64,000 nt of DNA from Duodenibacillus sp. (GTDB taxonomy: Bacteria > Pseudomonadota > Gammaproteobacteria > Burkholderiales > Burkholderiaceae_F). This document shows, piece by piece, positions 31,103 to 41,288 of the stretch (position 1 is the stretch's first letter; every line of letters begins with the position of its first letter). The notes under the pieces were generated by a model. That model searched no databases. It saw only the letters and a program-made list of their open reading frames with translations, and had not been told where the DNA came from. The stretch is from contig CAVLDT010000002.1 of the NCBI GenBank assembly GCA_963661915.1, positions 21,403 to 85,402 of the forward strand. The letters are read 5' to 3'. The position numbers and the translations under genes are program-made.

Positions 31103-31708
31103 CTAGCGGCGTCCAAGAATTGCTGCCGAGAGTGTTGCAGGATCCGTATACTCGACTTCGACCCCTGCAGAGAGCCCCTTCGAGAGACGCGTCACGCGAA
31201 CAGTTGGCGCTTCTCTTTTTAAGAGAGCAGCAATCATGTGCGCCGTTGTCTCGCCTTCTGCCGTGTAACTCGTGGCAAGAACCACTTCCCGCACACCCTC
31301 GGTTGTGACTCTCCGAAGAAGGTGATCAATACCGAGATCCTCGGGGCCCGTACCTTTTAAGGGATTCACGCGACCCATCAGGACAAAGTAACTTCCGCTA
31401 TACGCAACTGAGTCCTCGATGGCAATCATGTCAGAAGGCGTCTCAACAACGCAGATAACGGATTTATCCCTTTCGGGTTTAGCACAAATGGGACAAATCT
31501 CTTCTGTAGAAAGCGTATTACAGACGCGACAGTGACAAACGCGCGGGATGGTATCCTCCAGGGCGCGCACAATGTCACGAGCCGTATCAACGCGGCTTGT
31601 TAAAAGTTCCGTGACAAGGCGCGTAGCCGACCGCGGGCCCAAGCCTGGTAGATCTGAGAAAAGTTCTGCCAAATGGGCCAAACGTGGGTCGGTTCCCGAG
31701 GAGCTCAT
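31103..31708 (-). CDS. recR: Recombination mediator RecR
   Basis: LPGLGPRSA.R, C4 zinc finger, CVVE, EGETTA. Confidence 0.95.
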   Translation of the reverse strand: MSSSGTDPRLAHLAELFSDLPGLGPRSATRLVTELLTSRVDTARDIVRALEDTIPRVCHCRVCNTLSTEEICPICAKPERDKSVICVVETPSDMIAIEDSVAYSGSYFVLMGRVNPLKGTGPEDLGIDHLLRRVTTEGVREVVLATSYTAEGETTAHMIAALLKREAPTVRVTRLSKGLSAGVEVEYTDPATLSAAILGRR

Positions 31709-31723
31709 CTATTTTTCCTTTTT

Positions 31724-32758
31724 TTATCTTTGGACACCAACGAGGGGTTCGTCAGGAGCGGCAAGGCAACTTTCAAATCCCTTAACAATCGCTTCACTTG
31801 GAAGGTTACGCCCAATAATCACAATCTTGTTTTCAGGCTTACGGTCACCCCACTCGCCTAAAAGGTCCGCACTAAAGACCATGTGCACGCCTTGGAACAC
31901 CATACGGCACGGTGTTTCACGGAAATAAAGCACACCTTTGTAGCGAAGCATATCCTGTCCGTAGACACTCACAAGGCTCTGCACGTACTGCTCGAAACGC
32001 ACGGGCTGTAGTGGCTTATCTGATTCGAAGACAAACGCCTTCACATCGTCATTGTGGTGATGCGGGTGTACTGCGGAGAAAAACGCTGGATCAATTTCCA
32101 AGATGTCATTCATGTTAAAGCCATAGATATCTAGGACTTTATCAATGGCAACCTCTCCCATGTGTACCGCTTCAATCGGGGCACGGGGATTAATGGAAAC
32201 TAGACGCTCTCTAAGAGCTGCGAATTCCTCTGGCGTAACAAGGTCAGTTTTGGAAACGAAAATCCTATCTGCGAAGCCCACCTGATCTTTCGCCTCAGGC
32301 TGCTCATCGAGCGTTTTATTGCCGTGCTTAGCATCAACGATTGTCACAACGCCATCTAAGCGATAGAAACACGCAATCGCATCATCCATAAAGAATGTTT
32401 GGCAAACGGGGCCAGGGTTTGCAACACCCGTTGTTTCAATAATGACACGATCAAAATGAATCTCTCCTCGGTCACGCCGCAGCCGCAAATCCGTGAGAAT
32501 TCGTGAAAGGTCTCCACGAATCGTGCAGCAAATGCATCCATTATTCATCGAGACGATTTGCTCTTTATCGTTTTGGACAAGAAGCTCATTGTCGATACCT
32601 TCTTCGCCAAACTCATTTTCAATGACGGCGATTTTGTGGCGGTGATCTTCTGTGAGAATTCGATTTAAAAGCGTTGTCTTCCCAGCGCCAAGAAATCCCG
32701 TGAGAATCGTCACTGGAATCTCAGGCTCTGGAGCTAGACCCAAATTATCTTCTTGCAT
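31724..32758 (-). CDS. COG0523 (CobW/YjiA family) G3E GTPase metallochaperone
   Basis: TGFLGAGKTT, ENEFGE, GCICC, ETTG, HPHHH, RYKG. Confidence 0.93.
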   Translation of the reverse strand: MQEDNLGLAPEPEIPVTILTGFLGAGKTTLLNRILTEDHRHKIAVIENEFGEEGIDNELLVQNDKEQIVSMNNGCICCTIRGDLSRILTDLRLRRDRGEIHFDRVIIETTGVANPGPVCQTFFMDDAIACFYRLDGVVTIVDAKHGNKTLDEQPEAKDQVGFADRIFVSKTDLVTPEEFAALRERLVSINPRAPIEAVHMGEVAIDKVLDIYGFNMNDILEIDPAFFSAVHPHHHNDDVKAFVFESDKPLQPVRFEQYVQSLVSVYGQDMLRYKGVLYFRETPCRMVFQGVHMVFSADLLGEWGDRKPENKIVIIGRNLPSEAIVKGFESCLAAPDEPLVGVQR

Positions 32759-32782
32759 TTTTCTTTTTCTGTCCTATCACAA

Positions 32783-34009
32783 CTAATCGGAACGCATCAC
32801 AAGGTGCATTCCTTTTAAATACTCTCCCTCGGGGTAGGTCATCAAAAGAGGATGATCTACGCCTGCACCAAAACGTTCAACTGCCCAAGCGTCTTTTCCT
32901 GCATCAATGACAGCCCCCGCAAGGATCTTCTGAAAGAGGTCTACGTCGATTGCGCCAGAGCAGGAGAAACTCATGAGGTGTCCGCCATTTCTTAAGAGAC
33001 GCATTCCATTGAGGTTAATGTCTTTATACGCTCTTGCCGCCCGGTCAACGTGGTAATGGCTTGATGCGAACTTTGGAGGATCCAAGATGACCAAATCATA
33101 GGTCTTTCCTTCTTCGTGCGCCTTTCTTAAGAATTCAAAAACATCCGCCCGAATCCACTGCATCGCCTCTTCTGGCGCATTATTAAGTTTTGCGTTTGCG
33201 CGTGCCTGTTCAAGGGCTTCCGCAGAGCTATCGACACTATCGACACTCTCGGCTCCCCCTTTCATGAGGGCTAGAGAAAAGCCTCCCGTGTAGCAAAAAC
33301 AATTGAGTGCCCGAAGGCCACGCCCTGTCTGTTTCCGAAATCCCTCCGCTAGGCGCTGTGCTGCAAGACGGCTTTCTCTTTGATCGATGTAGAAACCTGT
33401 CTTATGACCAGCGCGAACATCAACACCATAACGTACGCCGTCTTCAACCACTTCGATAATCTCTGGCGGCTCTTCTCCGGCAAGCGTTCCAACCCGTACA
33501 TCAAGTCCTTCTCTGTGGCGCGTGGCAGCGTCTGACCGGTCAAAAACACCTCGCGCTCTCGTTAAGCGCATCAAGGCGGAAACAATCTCATCCCTCCTAC
33601 TTTCTGCCGCGGCACTCTGAAACTGCGTTACGACCCAGTCGCCGTACTGATCTGCGATAAAACCAGGAATGCCATCGGCCTCTGCAAAAACCAAGCGCCT
33701 TGCTGTTGTTCTCTCTAAGAGGGACGCACGAGCCTCAATCGCGGCAGCAAGCCTTCTTTCTAGAAAAGCTTCACTTGCAACATCTTCTGCTTCATCGAAG
33801 GCCCACATGCGAACCCGCAGTGTTGACGCAGGAGAAAATCCACCGATTCCAAGCACTGCGCCTGAAGAGGAAAGAACCCTCACAAGGCTTCCACTTTCGG
33901 GCCTTCCCTTTACGGAAGCAACAGCCGTGTCATAGACCCACGGATGACGCCTTAAAAGACTCTTTTCTTTTCCTTTTTTTAGCACGACGTCAATCATGCA
34001 ATTCTCCAT
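32783..34009 (-). CDS. rlmI: 23S rRNA m5C1962 methyltransferase RlmI family
   Basis: RRHPWV PUA domain, GHKTGFY.DQR, LNCFCYTGGF, DPPKFA, FSCSG, PEGEYLK. Confidence 0.92.
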   Translation of the reverse strand: MENCMIDVVLKKGKEKSLLRRHPWVYDTAVASVKGRPESGSLVRVLSSSGAVLGIGGFSPASTLRVRMWAFDEAEDVASEAFLERRLAAAIEARASLLERTTARRLVFAEADGIPGFIADQYGDWVVTQFQSAAAESRRDEIVSALMRLTRARGVFDRSDAATRHREGLDVRVGTLAGEEPPEIIEVVEDGVRYGVDVRAGHKTGFYIDQRESRLAAQRLAEGFRKQTGRGLRALNCFCYTGGFSLALMKGGAESVDSVDSSAEALEQARANAKLNNAPEEAMQWIRADVFEFLRKAHEEGKTYDLVILDPPKFASSHYHVDRAARAYKDINLNGMRLLRNGGHLMSFSCSGAIDVDLFQKILAGAVIDAGKDAWAVERFGAGVDHPLLMTYPEGEYLKGMHLVMRSD

Positions 34010-34024
34010 TGTTTCCTTACACCC

Positions 34025-34873
34025 TTAAAGGTCAATTGTCCCTTCGAAAACTTCCTCGGCAGGACCGGCTAAAAGGATGTGTCCTTCTTCTGTCTTTTGC
34101 ACTCTGAGAGTGCCGCCTGCCATTTCAAGTGTTGCCTCGGAGGCAAGAGCGCCTACTCTATTCGCCACAGCAAATGCCGCACAGGCTCCAGACCCGCAAG
34201 CAAGGGTCTCTCCGGCCCCTCTCTCGTAAACTCGAAGTAAGGCTCTCCCTTTAGACTCAACTTTTAAGAAACCGACGTTCACTCCCTCTGGGAATGCACC
34301 GCAGTTTTGTAGCGCTGGGCCGATCTTCTGAACATCAATTTCTTCATCCTTTCCGATAAAGCAAACGGCGTGGGGATTGCCCATACTAGCGACGCCGAAA
34401 AGAAGAGCGCAGCCCGCAACCGCTGTGCGATAAAGAGTCCCTTCCCCAGAAGATTCTTTCTCAAATCCTTCTGGGAGAAATGGAACTTTCTCTGGCGCGA
34501 AATTGGCCTTTCCCATATCCACTCGCACAGAGTCATCGGGTAGGACTTCTGGCACGATTACTCCGCTTTGCGTTCTCACGCGAATGGAGGTTTTCTTTGT
34601 TAATCCATGTGAGCGGACAAACCTAGCAAAACACCGTGCGCCGTTACCACACATGGAAACTTCCCCGCCATCGGCGTTAAAAATCCGATACCGAAAATCC
34701 ACATCAGCCTCATTGCTTGCCTCTACGACGAGCAGTTGATCAAAACCAATGCCAAAGTGTCTATCGGAAAGCCGACGGATTTCTTTCGCTTCAAGGCTAA
34801 AGGCATCATGCGTCGCGTCGATGACAATAAAGTCATTTCCCGCGCCCTGCATCTTCGTAAACTTTAAACGCAT
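34025..34873 (-). CDS. dapF: Diaminopimelate epimerase
   Basis: FTKMQGAGNDF, MCGNGARC, MGNPH, ERGAGETLACGSG. Confidence 0.98.
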   Translation of the reverse strand: MRLKFTKMQGAGNDFIVIDATHDAFSLEAKEIRRLSDRHFGIGFDQLLVVEASNEADVDFRYRIFNADGGEVSMCGNGARCFARFVRSHGLTKKTSIRVRTQSGVIVPEVLPDDSVRVDMGKANFAPEKVPFLPEGFEKESSGEGTLYRTAVAGCALLFGVASMGNPHAVCFIGKDEEIDVQKIGPALQNCGAFPEGVNVGFLKVESKGRALLRVYERGAGETLACGSGACAAFAVANRVGALASEATLEMAGGTLRVQKTEEGHILLAGPAEEVFEGTIDL

Positions 34874-34882
34874 GCGTAATCC

Positions 34883-35779
34883 TCACTTATAGAGGCTTTC
34901 TTCCCCAAGGGGGCGAGTCTTAAAACGCCTATGCATCCAAAGATATTGATCTGGGAATTTCAAAATCCACTTTTCAATCTCTTTTTGAATGCGAATCGTG
35001 TCTGCTGTGGCATCCTTTGTTGGGAAATCTTTTAGGGGCTCCGTGACGTGAACTGTGTAACCAGAATCCGTAATCTCCGTGACGCAGAAAAGCACCTTTG
35101 CTCCAGCAATACGCGCTAGTTTACTTGCCGCAGGCACTGTCGCTGCTTTCACACCGAAAAAATCGATAAATATCGAGTGCCTACGACCGTAATCCATGTC
35201 AGGTAGGTAATAGAAAGGAAGGTTCTGCCGCATGAGACGAATAATCTTTTTCACATCGTCAAGACCTGCGCCCGTCTTCTCAATCAGAATCGAGTCGCTA
35301 AAGCGCTTTCTTCCCGCAAGAGCAGCTGCATCCCAGGCCGCATTGCGTTGCTTCTGATAGAGACCTGCCCCACGCATATAGGTAGAAAGTGCCGTTACCG
35401 CTGCGTCAAGTCCCAAGAAGTGGGGCGCAATAATCATTAGCGGGCGCCCTGCCTCATTGGTGATGTTTTCGAGCCCTTCAATTTTCACAAGAGATCGAAC
35501 CTGCTCGACCGTGCCTGCCCAAAGGTCTCCGTGGTCGATTGCCGTGCGAGCAATATTAAAAGCAAGCTTCTGTGCAATCTTTAGGCGTTCTTCTTCGGTC
35601 TTCTCAGGGAAACACAACTCAAGATTTCTTAGCGTAATCTTTCTACGCTTAGGTACAACTTTCCAAAAAATACGAGAAAGCACATGTGCAAGTTTCACAC
35701 GGCGTTGCATTGGCATTCCAACGCAACTTTTTACAATTGCAACGCCAAGAGCCCCGAACATGTCATTGATTACTTGCAT
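34883..35779 (-). CDS. Lipid A late acyltransferase (LpxL/HtrB family)
   Basis: PHFLGLD (HxxxD), YLPDMD, FFG, QYLWMHRRFKTRP. Confidence 0.9.
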   Translation of the reverse strand: MQVINDMFGALGVAIVKSCVGMPMQRRVKLAHVLSRIFWKVVPKRRKITLRNLELCFPEKTEEERLKIAQKLAFNIARTAIDHGDLWAGTVEQVRSLVKIEGLENITNEAGRPLMIIAPHFLGLDAAVTALSTYMRGAGLYQKQRNAAWDAAALAGRKRFSDSILIEKTGAGLDDVKKIIRLMRQNLPFYYLPDMDYGRRHSIFIDFFGVKAATVPAASKLARIAGAKVLFCVTEITDSGYTVHVTEPLKDFPTKDATADTIRIQKEIEKWILKFPDQYLWMHRRFKTRPLGEESLYK

Positions 35780-36672
35780 GACGCTGGCTCCTTCTCATGC
35801 GAACGGTGGGGTGCGTGGGAAACATTCTTATAGCGGTTGTAATTCCAAAGGTACTGCTCTGGGTGACGTAATACCGCTCGCTCAATCGCCCGATTCATGT
35901 TCGTTGTATCTTCTAGCGGCTCACCCGTTACAGGCTCAGGAATAATATCTGTGTAGATTTTCCAGCCATCCGCTTCTCGAACACTTGTCATCACAACACA
36001 GACTGCATCGAATTGATGCGCCATCTTCATCGGGAAAGTCATCGTGAACGCATCACGCCCAAAGAAAGGCGCCCAAACACCCTCCCCTCGACCTGGGACC
36101 TGATCGGGTAGGCACCCAAGAACGCCGCCCTTTCGCATCACGCGAACAATCTGACGAACGCCAGAGAGGTCCGCTGGCGCCGGGCTCATCCCTGGGCGAC
36201 ATCTACTGCGCTTTACAAAGGGACGAATCAGGCGATTTTTGGGCTCACGATAAAGAATAGAAAGTGTCTTTCCGTACTGCTTGAGAGCTGCCTCGTAGAT
36301 GGCAACAGGAATCGCTTCAAAGCCCCCGACGTGAGGCGTCATGAGGATGATGCTACGACCGGCTTTTAGGATAGAGAGAAATTCTTCAAGACCCTTTTCT
36401 TCAAAGTGAGCAACACGGGTGATTTCTTCATTGCTTCTTCCCCAAAGCCAAGCAGTTTCCGCTGCAAGCATTCCCGTGTGGCGAGAGGACTCACGAGCAA
36501 TCGCATGCTCAAGGCCAACTTGCTCGATATTATTTAGGATTTTCCGCCTGTACTTCGGAGAGATATCGTAACTAATCCCCCCAAGAAAACCGCCAACACT
36601 CCGTAGCGCAGAAAGCGGAATACGGCTTACGAGCCATAAAAAGAAATCCATCAACGCTTCCATTTTCTTCAT
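35770..36672 (-). CDS. Lipid A late acyltransferase (LpxL/HtrB family), second paralog
   Basis: TPHVGGFE, LPDQVP..GEG, PEQYLW.YNRYK. Start uncertain (about 36651-36720). Confidence 0.88.
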   Translation of the reverse strand: MKKMEALMDFFLWLVSRIPLSALRSVGGFLGGISYDISPKYRRKILNNIEQVGLEHAIARESSRHTGMLAAETAWLWGRSNEEITRVAHFEEKGLEEFLSILKAGRSIILMTPHVGGFEAIPVAIYEAALKQYGKTLSILYREPKNRLIRPFVKRSRCRPGMSPAPADLSGVRQIVRVMRKGGVLGCLPDQVPGRGEGVWAPFFGRDAFTMTFPMKMAHQFDAVCVVMTSVREADGWKIYTDIIPEPVTGEPLEDTTNMNRAIERAVLRHPEQYLWNYNRYKNVSHAPHRSHEKEPASCK

Positions 36673-36873
36673 GCCTACTGCGCCAAAGACCGCAGAATTG
36701 TGCTCCCTTTTTAAAATCAAGCGATTAGTATAGCCTTTTCTCAGGTAGGAAAATCAGTCGCATCTATCGACCCTTCGGCATAAAAGCTGAAACATTTCGT
36801 TTCTCATCCTCTCTTTGGCGAAAACTCTTTTGCGTTATAGTGCCCCCTTACTTCTCATCATTTTGGAGGCTTT

Positions 36874-38589
36874 GTGTCTTTTTCGCTTTCTCGCTTTTGT
36901 TTAGCACTCAGTTCTCTTGCGATATTTTCTATGTCGCTCGTAGAGCCCACCTGTGCGGCACAAAAGTCACAGCAAGACATGAAGCCAACGCTACTTGCTG
37001 AGGTTCTCATTGGAGAAATCGCCCTACAGAGGCAACTCTACGGAGATGCCTGGTACGCCTTTCTCGATGCCTCAAAAAACGCCTCCAATAAGGAATTAGC
37101 CGAAAAAGCCTATCGAATCGCTTTTGCCATGAAAGATAAGGCAAAAACAGACGAAGCCCGTAAGGTTATCGATACGCTTGATTCCGAGAATGAACACGTT
37201 CTTCTTGAAAAGGCGCTTCTCTTGGGGAAAAGTGGGGATGAAAAAGCAGCCTCTTCCTACATTGAAAAAGCTCTAGCAAAAACAGAGGACTACCCTGTCT
37301 TATTTGATAGGTTTTCTGCTGAATCTGAAAATTTCCCCGATAAAAAGTTGCGCTACCGTCTTCTTAAAAAGATTGCCGCTACCTTAGGAGAAAATGCCTT
37401 AGCTGAACGTAACCTTGCCTTTGCAGCGAAAACTGCTCAAATGGAAAAGGAAGCCATCGCACATATTCTTAAAGGCGTCTCCCTTGCGCCAGATAACGCG
37501 CAACTCCTTTTAGAAAGTGCAGATTTTGACTTTAAAACGGCTCCAGAAAACGCGAAGGCGCGTCTCGTCACATACTTAAAGCGCCATCCAGAAGATTACC
37601 GTGTGCGCATTGCTTATGCGAAAACGCTTTCTCGCACAAAGGACACTGCAGGAGCACTCTCGCAACTTAAAACCGTAACCGACAAAGCGCCAAAAGATCC
37701 GCAGGCACGTTTTCTCTGCGGTACCGTAGCGCAAGAAGTGAAAGACTTCAGTAAAGCAGAAAGCTATTACAAACAATATCTTTCCCTTATTGCTACGCAG
37801 AAAAATTCGCAATTCATCCCAGATGCCGCTTACGTGCAACTTGGCGTCATCGCGATTTTGAAAAAAGATTGGGACGGTGCGCTCTCTTGGTTCGATAAGG
37901 TTGAAAAGGGAGATAAGTACATCCCTGCTCGCCTAAAACAAGTTGAACTCCTAGAGAAACTTGGTCGCATTGATGAGGCTTGCAAAGTTCTTAGTTCCAT
38001 TAAGACTGAGAAAACGGAACAGAAAGCCGAGTTTTCTTTTCTCTGTGGACAGATGCTTGTTGCCCACGGAAGAAAGGCTGAGTCTATGAAGTACTATGAC
38101 GAAGCCTGTAGGCTTGCGGCAGAAAACGCAGAAGTTCTCTTTCGCACAGCAATCATCGCAGAAGAATTAAATGATATTAAGAAGGCAGAAACGCTACTGC
38201 GTAAAGTCATCTCTCTTAGGCCCGATGACGCCAATGGCTATAACACCTTGGGCTACATGTGGCTTGACAGAGGAATTCGGACTAAAGAAGCGCGCCCTCT
38301 AATTGAAAAAGCGCTAAAACTAAGTGGCGGAAAAGACGCCCCTATTCTCGATTCAATGGGCTGGCTTAAATTCCGAGAAGGTAGTTTTGCAGAAGCCGAG
38401 TCGTGGCTTAAGAAAGCGCACACCTTGTCTCCTGAGGAAACAGAAATCACCCTACACCTTGTAGAAGTTTTAGCAACGGAAAAGAAATTAGAAGAGGCAA
38501 AGGACCTTGTTAATAAGGTTCTTAGCAAGGATCCTAAAAATAGCGAGGCTCTTTTCTGGCTTCAGAAATTAAAGGAGTCGACCCGATGA
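36874..38589 (+). CDS. Exported tetratricopeptide repeat protein
   Basis: Signal peptide, L.GEIALQR, NTLGY, ILDSMGW; conserved position upstream of lolB-ispE. Confidence 0.85.
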   Translation: MSFSLSRFCLALSSLAIFSMSLVEPTCAAQKSQQDMKPTLLAEVLIGEIALQRQLYGDAWYAFLDASKNASNKELAEKAYRIAFAMKDKAKTDEARKVIDTLDSENEHVLLEKALLLGKSGDEKAASSYIEKALAKTEDYPVLFDRFSAESENFPDKKLRYRLLKKIAATLGENALAERNLAFAAKTAQMEKEAIAHILKGVSLAPDNAQLLLESADFDFKTAPENAKARLVTYLKRHPEDYRVRIAYAKTLSRTKDTAGALSQLKTVTDKAPKDPQARFLCGTVAQEVKDFSKAESYYKQYLSLIATQKNSQFIPDAAYVQLGVIAILKKDWDGALSWFDKVEKGDKYIPARLKQVELLEKLGRIDEACKVLSSIKTEKTEQKAEFSFLCGQMLVAHGRKAESMKYYDEACRLAAENAEVLFRTAIIAEELNDIKKAETLLRKVISLRPDDANGYNTLGYMWLDRGIRTKEARPLIEKALKLSGGKDAPILDSMGWLKFREGSFAEAESWLKKAHTLSPEETEITLHLVEVLATEKKLEEAKDLVNKVLSKDPKNSEALFWLQKLKESTR

Positions 38590-39131
38590 TTAAGAAAAGT
38601 CGCAGAACTCTCCTTCTTTCTCTAGGGAGCCTTTTCCTTTTAGCAGGTTGCTCCTCGCTCGAAACGGAAGACACCTCGGTATTAAGGCGTTTTACTGGAC
38701 AGTTTTCCGTCACGGAGAAAACTGAAAGGAGAAGGAGATTTTCTGCGCGCTTTCGCTTAGAAGAAAGGGCATCGGGTGTCGTTCTTGACGTCTTGGGGCC
38801 ACTAGGCGCCACTCTTGCTCGCATTGAAGCAGGGAAAAATGGCGCAAGTTACAAGGAAGCTGGAAAAGACCCTACCTACGCAGAAACCGCAGAGAGCCTT
38901 ATGGAAAGGCTACTCGGGTTTTCTGTGGCAATGCCCATCCTTTTAAGTTGGCTTGAGGGAAAACCGAACACAGACGCTCCTTTTGATTCCCTTGGCGAAA
39001 CCTCTTTTTATCAAGCCGGTTGGGCTGTGAGCACGACGGCTGCGGATGCGGATAAAAATCAAAGACGCCTTCGCTTAGAAAACTCCGTTGCCCTCGTCTT
39101 AATGGTTGTTAATGATTCAAGCGCCTCATGA
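38586..39131 (+). CDS. lolB: Outer membrane lipoprotein insertase LolB
   Basis: Lipobox LAGC, GPLG.TLARI, L.SWL.G.P, Q.GW; position before ispE. Confidence 0.8.
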   Translation: MIKKSRRTLLLSLGSLFLLAGCSSLETEDTSVLRRFTGQFSVTEKTERRRRFSARFRLEERASGVVLDVLGPLGATLARIEAGKNGASYKEAGKDPTYAETAESLMERLLGFSVAMPILLSWLEGKPNTDAPFDSLGETSFYQAGWAVSTTAADADKNQRRLRLENSVALVLMVVNDSSAS

Positions 39132-39988
39132 GTACCTTCTTTGAAAACCTCCCAGCCCCCGCGAAACTTAACCTTTTTCTTCACATCGTAGGAAGAAGGG
39201 CTGATGGTTATCACCTCCTAGAGTCCGTTTTTGTCCTCATTAATTTAATCGATACCCTTTCTATTGAATCTTTAGAGAAACCATTCTTTGAACGCACGGG
39301 AGACGTCATTGGCCTTAAGGAAAAAGATCTTTGCCTACGTGCGGCTCGCCTCCTTGCCCAAAAAACGGGCACAAATCTTGGGGCCCGCATTCATGTAGAA
39401 AAGAGAATTCCCGCAGGCGCTGGCCTAGGCGGGGGTTCAAGCGACGCCGCGACAACGCTTCTCGCCCTTAATCGCCTCTGGAATTTAAATCTATCGCGAA
39501 CTGAACTTTCTCAGATTGGATTAGAGCTCGGTGCAGACGTCCCATTCTTTCTTTTCGGAGAAAATGCTTTCGCCAGCGGCGTAGGAGAAAAACTCACAGC
39601 CGTTCACGTTCCAGAAAGTCTCGTTGCAATTGCAATGCCTCAAACGCCCACCCCCACAAAGGCTGTGTTTTCTTCTCCCTTACTTACAAGAGGCACCGCT
39701 ACAGTGAGCGTTTTCGACTTTGAAAACTTCACGCAGAAATCTTGGCCAAAGCTTTTTGGTAAAAATGATATGGAGCGAGCCGCAATGGAAATTAACCCTG
39801 AAATCTCAAAGGCTTTATCCCTTTTAGGAGAAGGGAGCCGCATGACGGGATCGGGCTCTGCTGTCTTTCGGCTTATCAAGAATTCTGAGGAAGGGAAAAC
39901 CCTTCTTCGTTGCCTTCCAACATCTTTTCAAGGATTTATTGCAAAAATTCTCCCTTCTCACCCCCTGAAATCACAGGCTCTGGGGTAG
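39128..39988 (+). CDS. ispE: 4-diphosphocytidyl-2-C-methyl-D-erythritol kinase
   Basis: PAPAKLNLFL, GYHLL, IP.GAGLGGGSSDAA, LGADVPFF, MTGSGS. Confidence 0.97.
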   Translation: MSTFFENLPAPAKLNLFLHIVGRRADGYHLLESVFVLINLIDTLSIESLEKPFFERTGDVIGLKEKDLCLRAARLLAQKTGTNLGARIHVEKRIPAGAGLGGGSSDAATTLLALNRLWNLNLSRTELSQIGLELGADVPFFLFGENAFASGVGEKLTAVHVPESLVAIAMPQTPTPTKAVFSSPLLTRGTATVSVFDFENFTQKSWPKLFGKNDMERAAMEINPEISKALSLLGEGSRMTGSGSAVFRLIKNSEEGKTLLRCLPTSFQGFIAKILPSHPLKSQALG

Positions 39989-40009
39989 AATACGGCGTTT
40001 TTTTCAAGT

Positions 40010-40085
40010 AGGGGTGTCGCCAAGTGGTTAAGGCACCGGATTTTGATTCCGGCATTCGATGGTTCGAATCCATCCTCCCCTGCCA
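40010..40085 (+). tRNA. tRNA-Gln (anticodon TTG)
   Basis: Cloverleaf with CCGGA-TTTTGAT-TCCGG anticodon arm, GGTTCGAATCC, encoded CCA; conserved ispE-prs position. Confidence 0.95.
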
Positions 40086-40225
40086 ATAATTCTTGCGGCG
40101 GAAGAAAGAAGTTTTTTCCGTCGATTGTGTTGTTGGTGTTGCCGATTTCGGCGGCTTATTCAAACTAACCCATGTTTAGCCGCAACAGTCGCATTTAAGC
40201 GGCCCTTGCGAAAGGTGTTGATTAT

Positions 40226-41188
40226 ATGTCCACAATGTGTCCGGACGACGTAAAGATCTTCTCTGGCAATGCCAATCCTAAGCTTGCGCATGCTGTTGCG
40301 CAGTATCTCAATATCCCGATGGGTCGTGCGACCGTCAACCGCTTCGCTGATGGCGAAGTGATGGTTGAAATCAACGAGAACGTTCGTGGTTCCGACGTGT
40401 TTATCGTTCAGAGCACCTGCTCGCCCACAAACGACAACTTGATGGAAGTGATGATTATGGTCGATGCCTTGCGTCGTGCTTCCGCTCGCCGCATCACGGC
40501 TGTCATGCCCTACTACGGATATGCCCGTCAGGATCGTCGCCCGCGTTCGACACGTGTGGCAATTTCCGCCAAAGTCGTTGCAAATATGCTTCAGAGCGTT
40601 GGTGTAAACCGCGTCCTAACGATGGATTTGCACGCTGACCAGATTCAGGGCTTTTTCGATGTGCCCGTGGATAACATCTACGCAACACCGTTACTTCTCA
40701 ACGATCTCGTTTCTCACAACTACCAGGACTTGATGGTTGTCTCTCCTGACGTTGGTGGCGTCGTCCGCGCTCGCGCGATGGCAAAACTCTTAGGCGTCGA
40801 CCTTGCCATTATTGATAAGCGTCGCCCGAAGGCCAATGTCGCAGAAATCATGAACATCATCGGCGACGTGAATGCGCACACCTGCGTTATCACGGACGAT
40901 ATCGTTGATACCGCTGGAACGCTCTGCAATGCTGCAGGCGCCCTAAAGGAACGCGGTGCAAAGAGAGTCTTAGCCTACATCTCTCACCCAGTTCTCTCTA
41001 GAAATGCTGTTGAAAGAATTACAAATTCCGCTCTCGACGAACTCGTTGTCACAGACACGATTCCGTTGACACTGGCCGCGGAAGCCTGCCCGAAGATTCG
41101 CCAGCTTAGCTGCGCACCTTTGGTCGGTGAAACCATTTCACGCATTGCGCGTGAAAACTCCGTGAGCGCTTTGTTCACAGAGAATTAA
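40226..41188 (+). CDS. prs: Ribose-phosphate pyrophosphokinase
   Basis: [41 protein letters not shown]. Confidence 0.98.
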   Translation: MSTMCPDDVKIFSGNANPKLAHAVAQYLNIPMGRATVNRFADGEVMVEINENVRGSDVFIVQSTCSPTNDNLMEVMIMVDALRRASARRITAVMPYYGYARQDRRPRSTRVAISAKVVANMLQSVGVNRVLTMDLHADQIQGFFDVPVDNIYATPLLLNDLVSHNYQDLMVVSPDVGGVVRARAMAKLLGVDLAIIDKRRPKANVAEIMNIIGDVNAHTCVITDDIVDTAGTLCNAAGALKERGAKRVLAYISHPVLSRNAVERITNSALDELVVTDTIPLTLAAEACPKIRQLSCAPLVGETISRIARENSVSALFTEN

Positions 41189-41288
41189 CCTTCGAAGGGA
41201 TTTCCGAAGGGCTCAGGTTTGCTGGTCGCGGCGACCCGAGAAAGAGAAATCCAATTTATTTATTTTTACTTTTTTGGAGTAACACATT

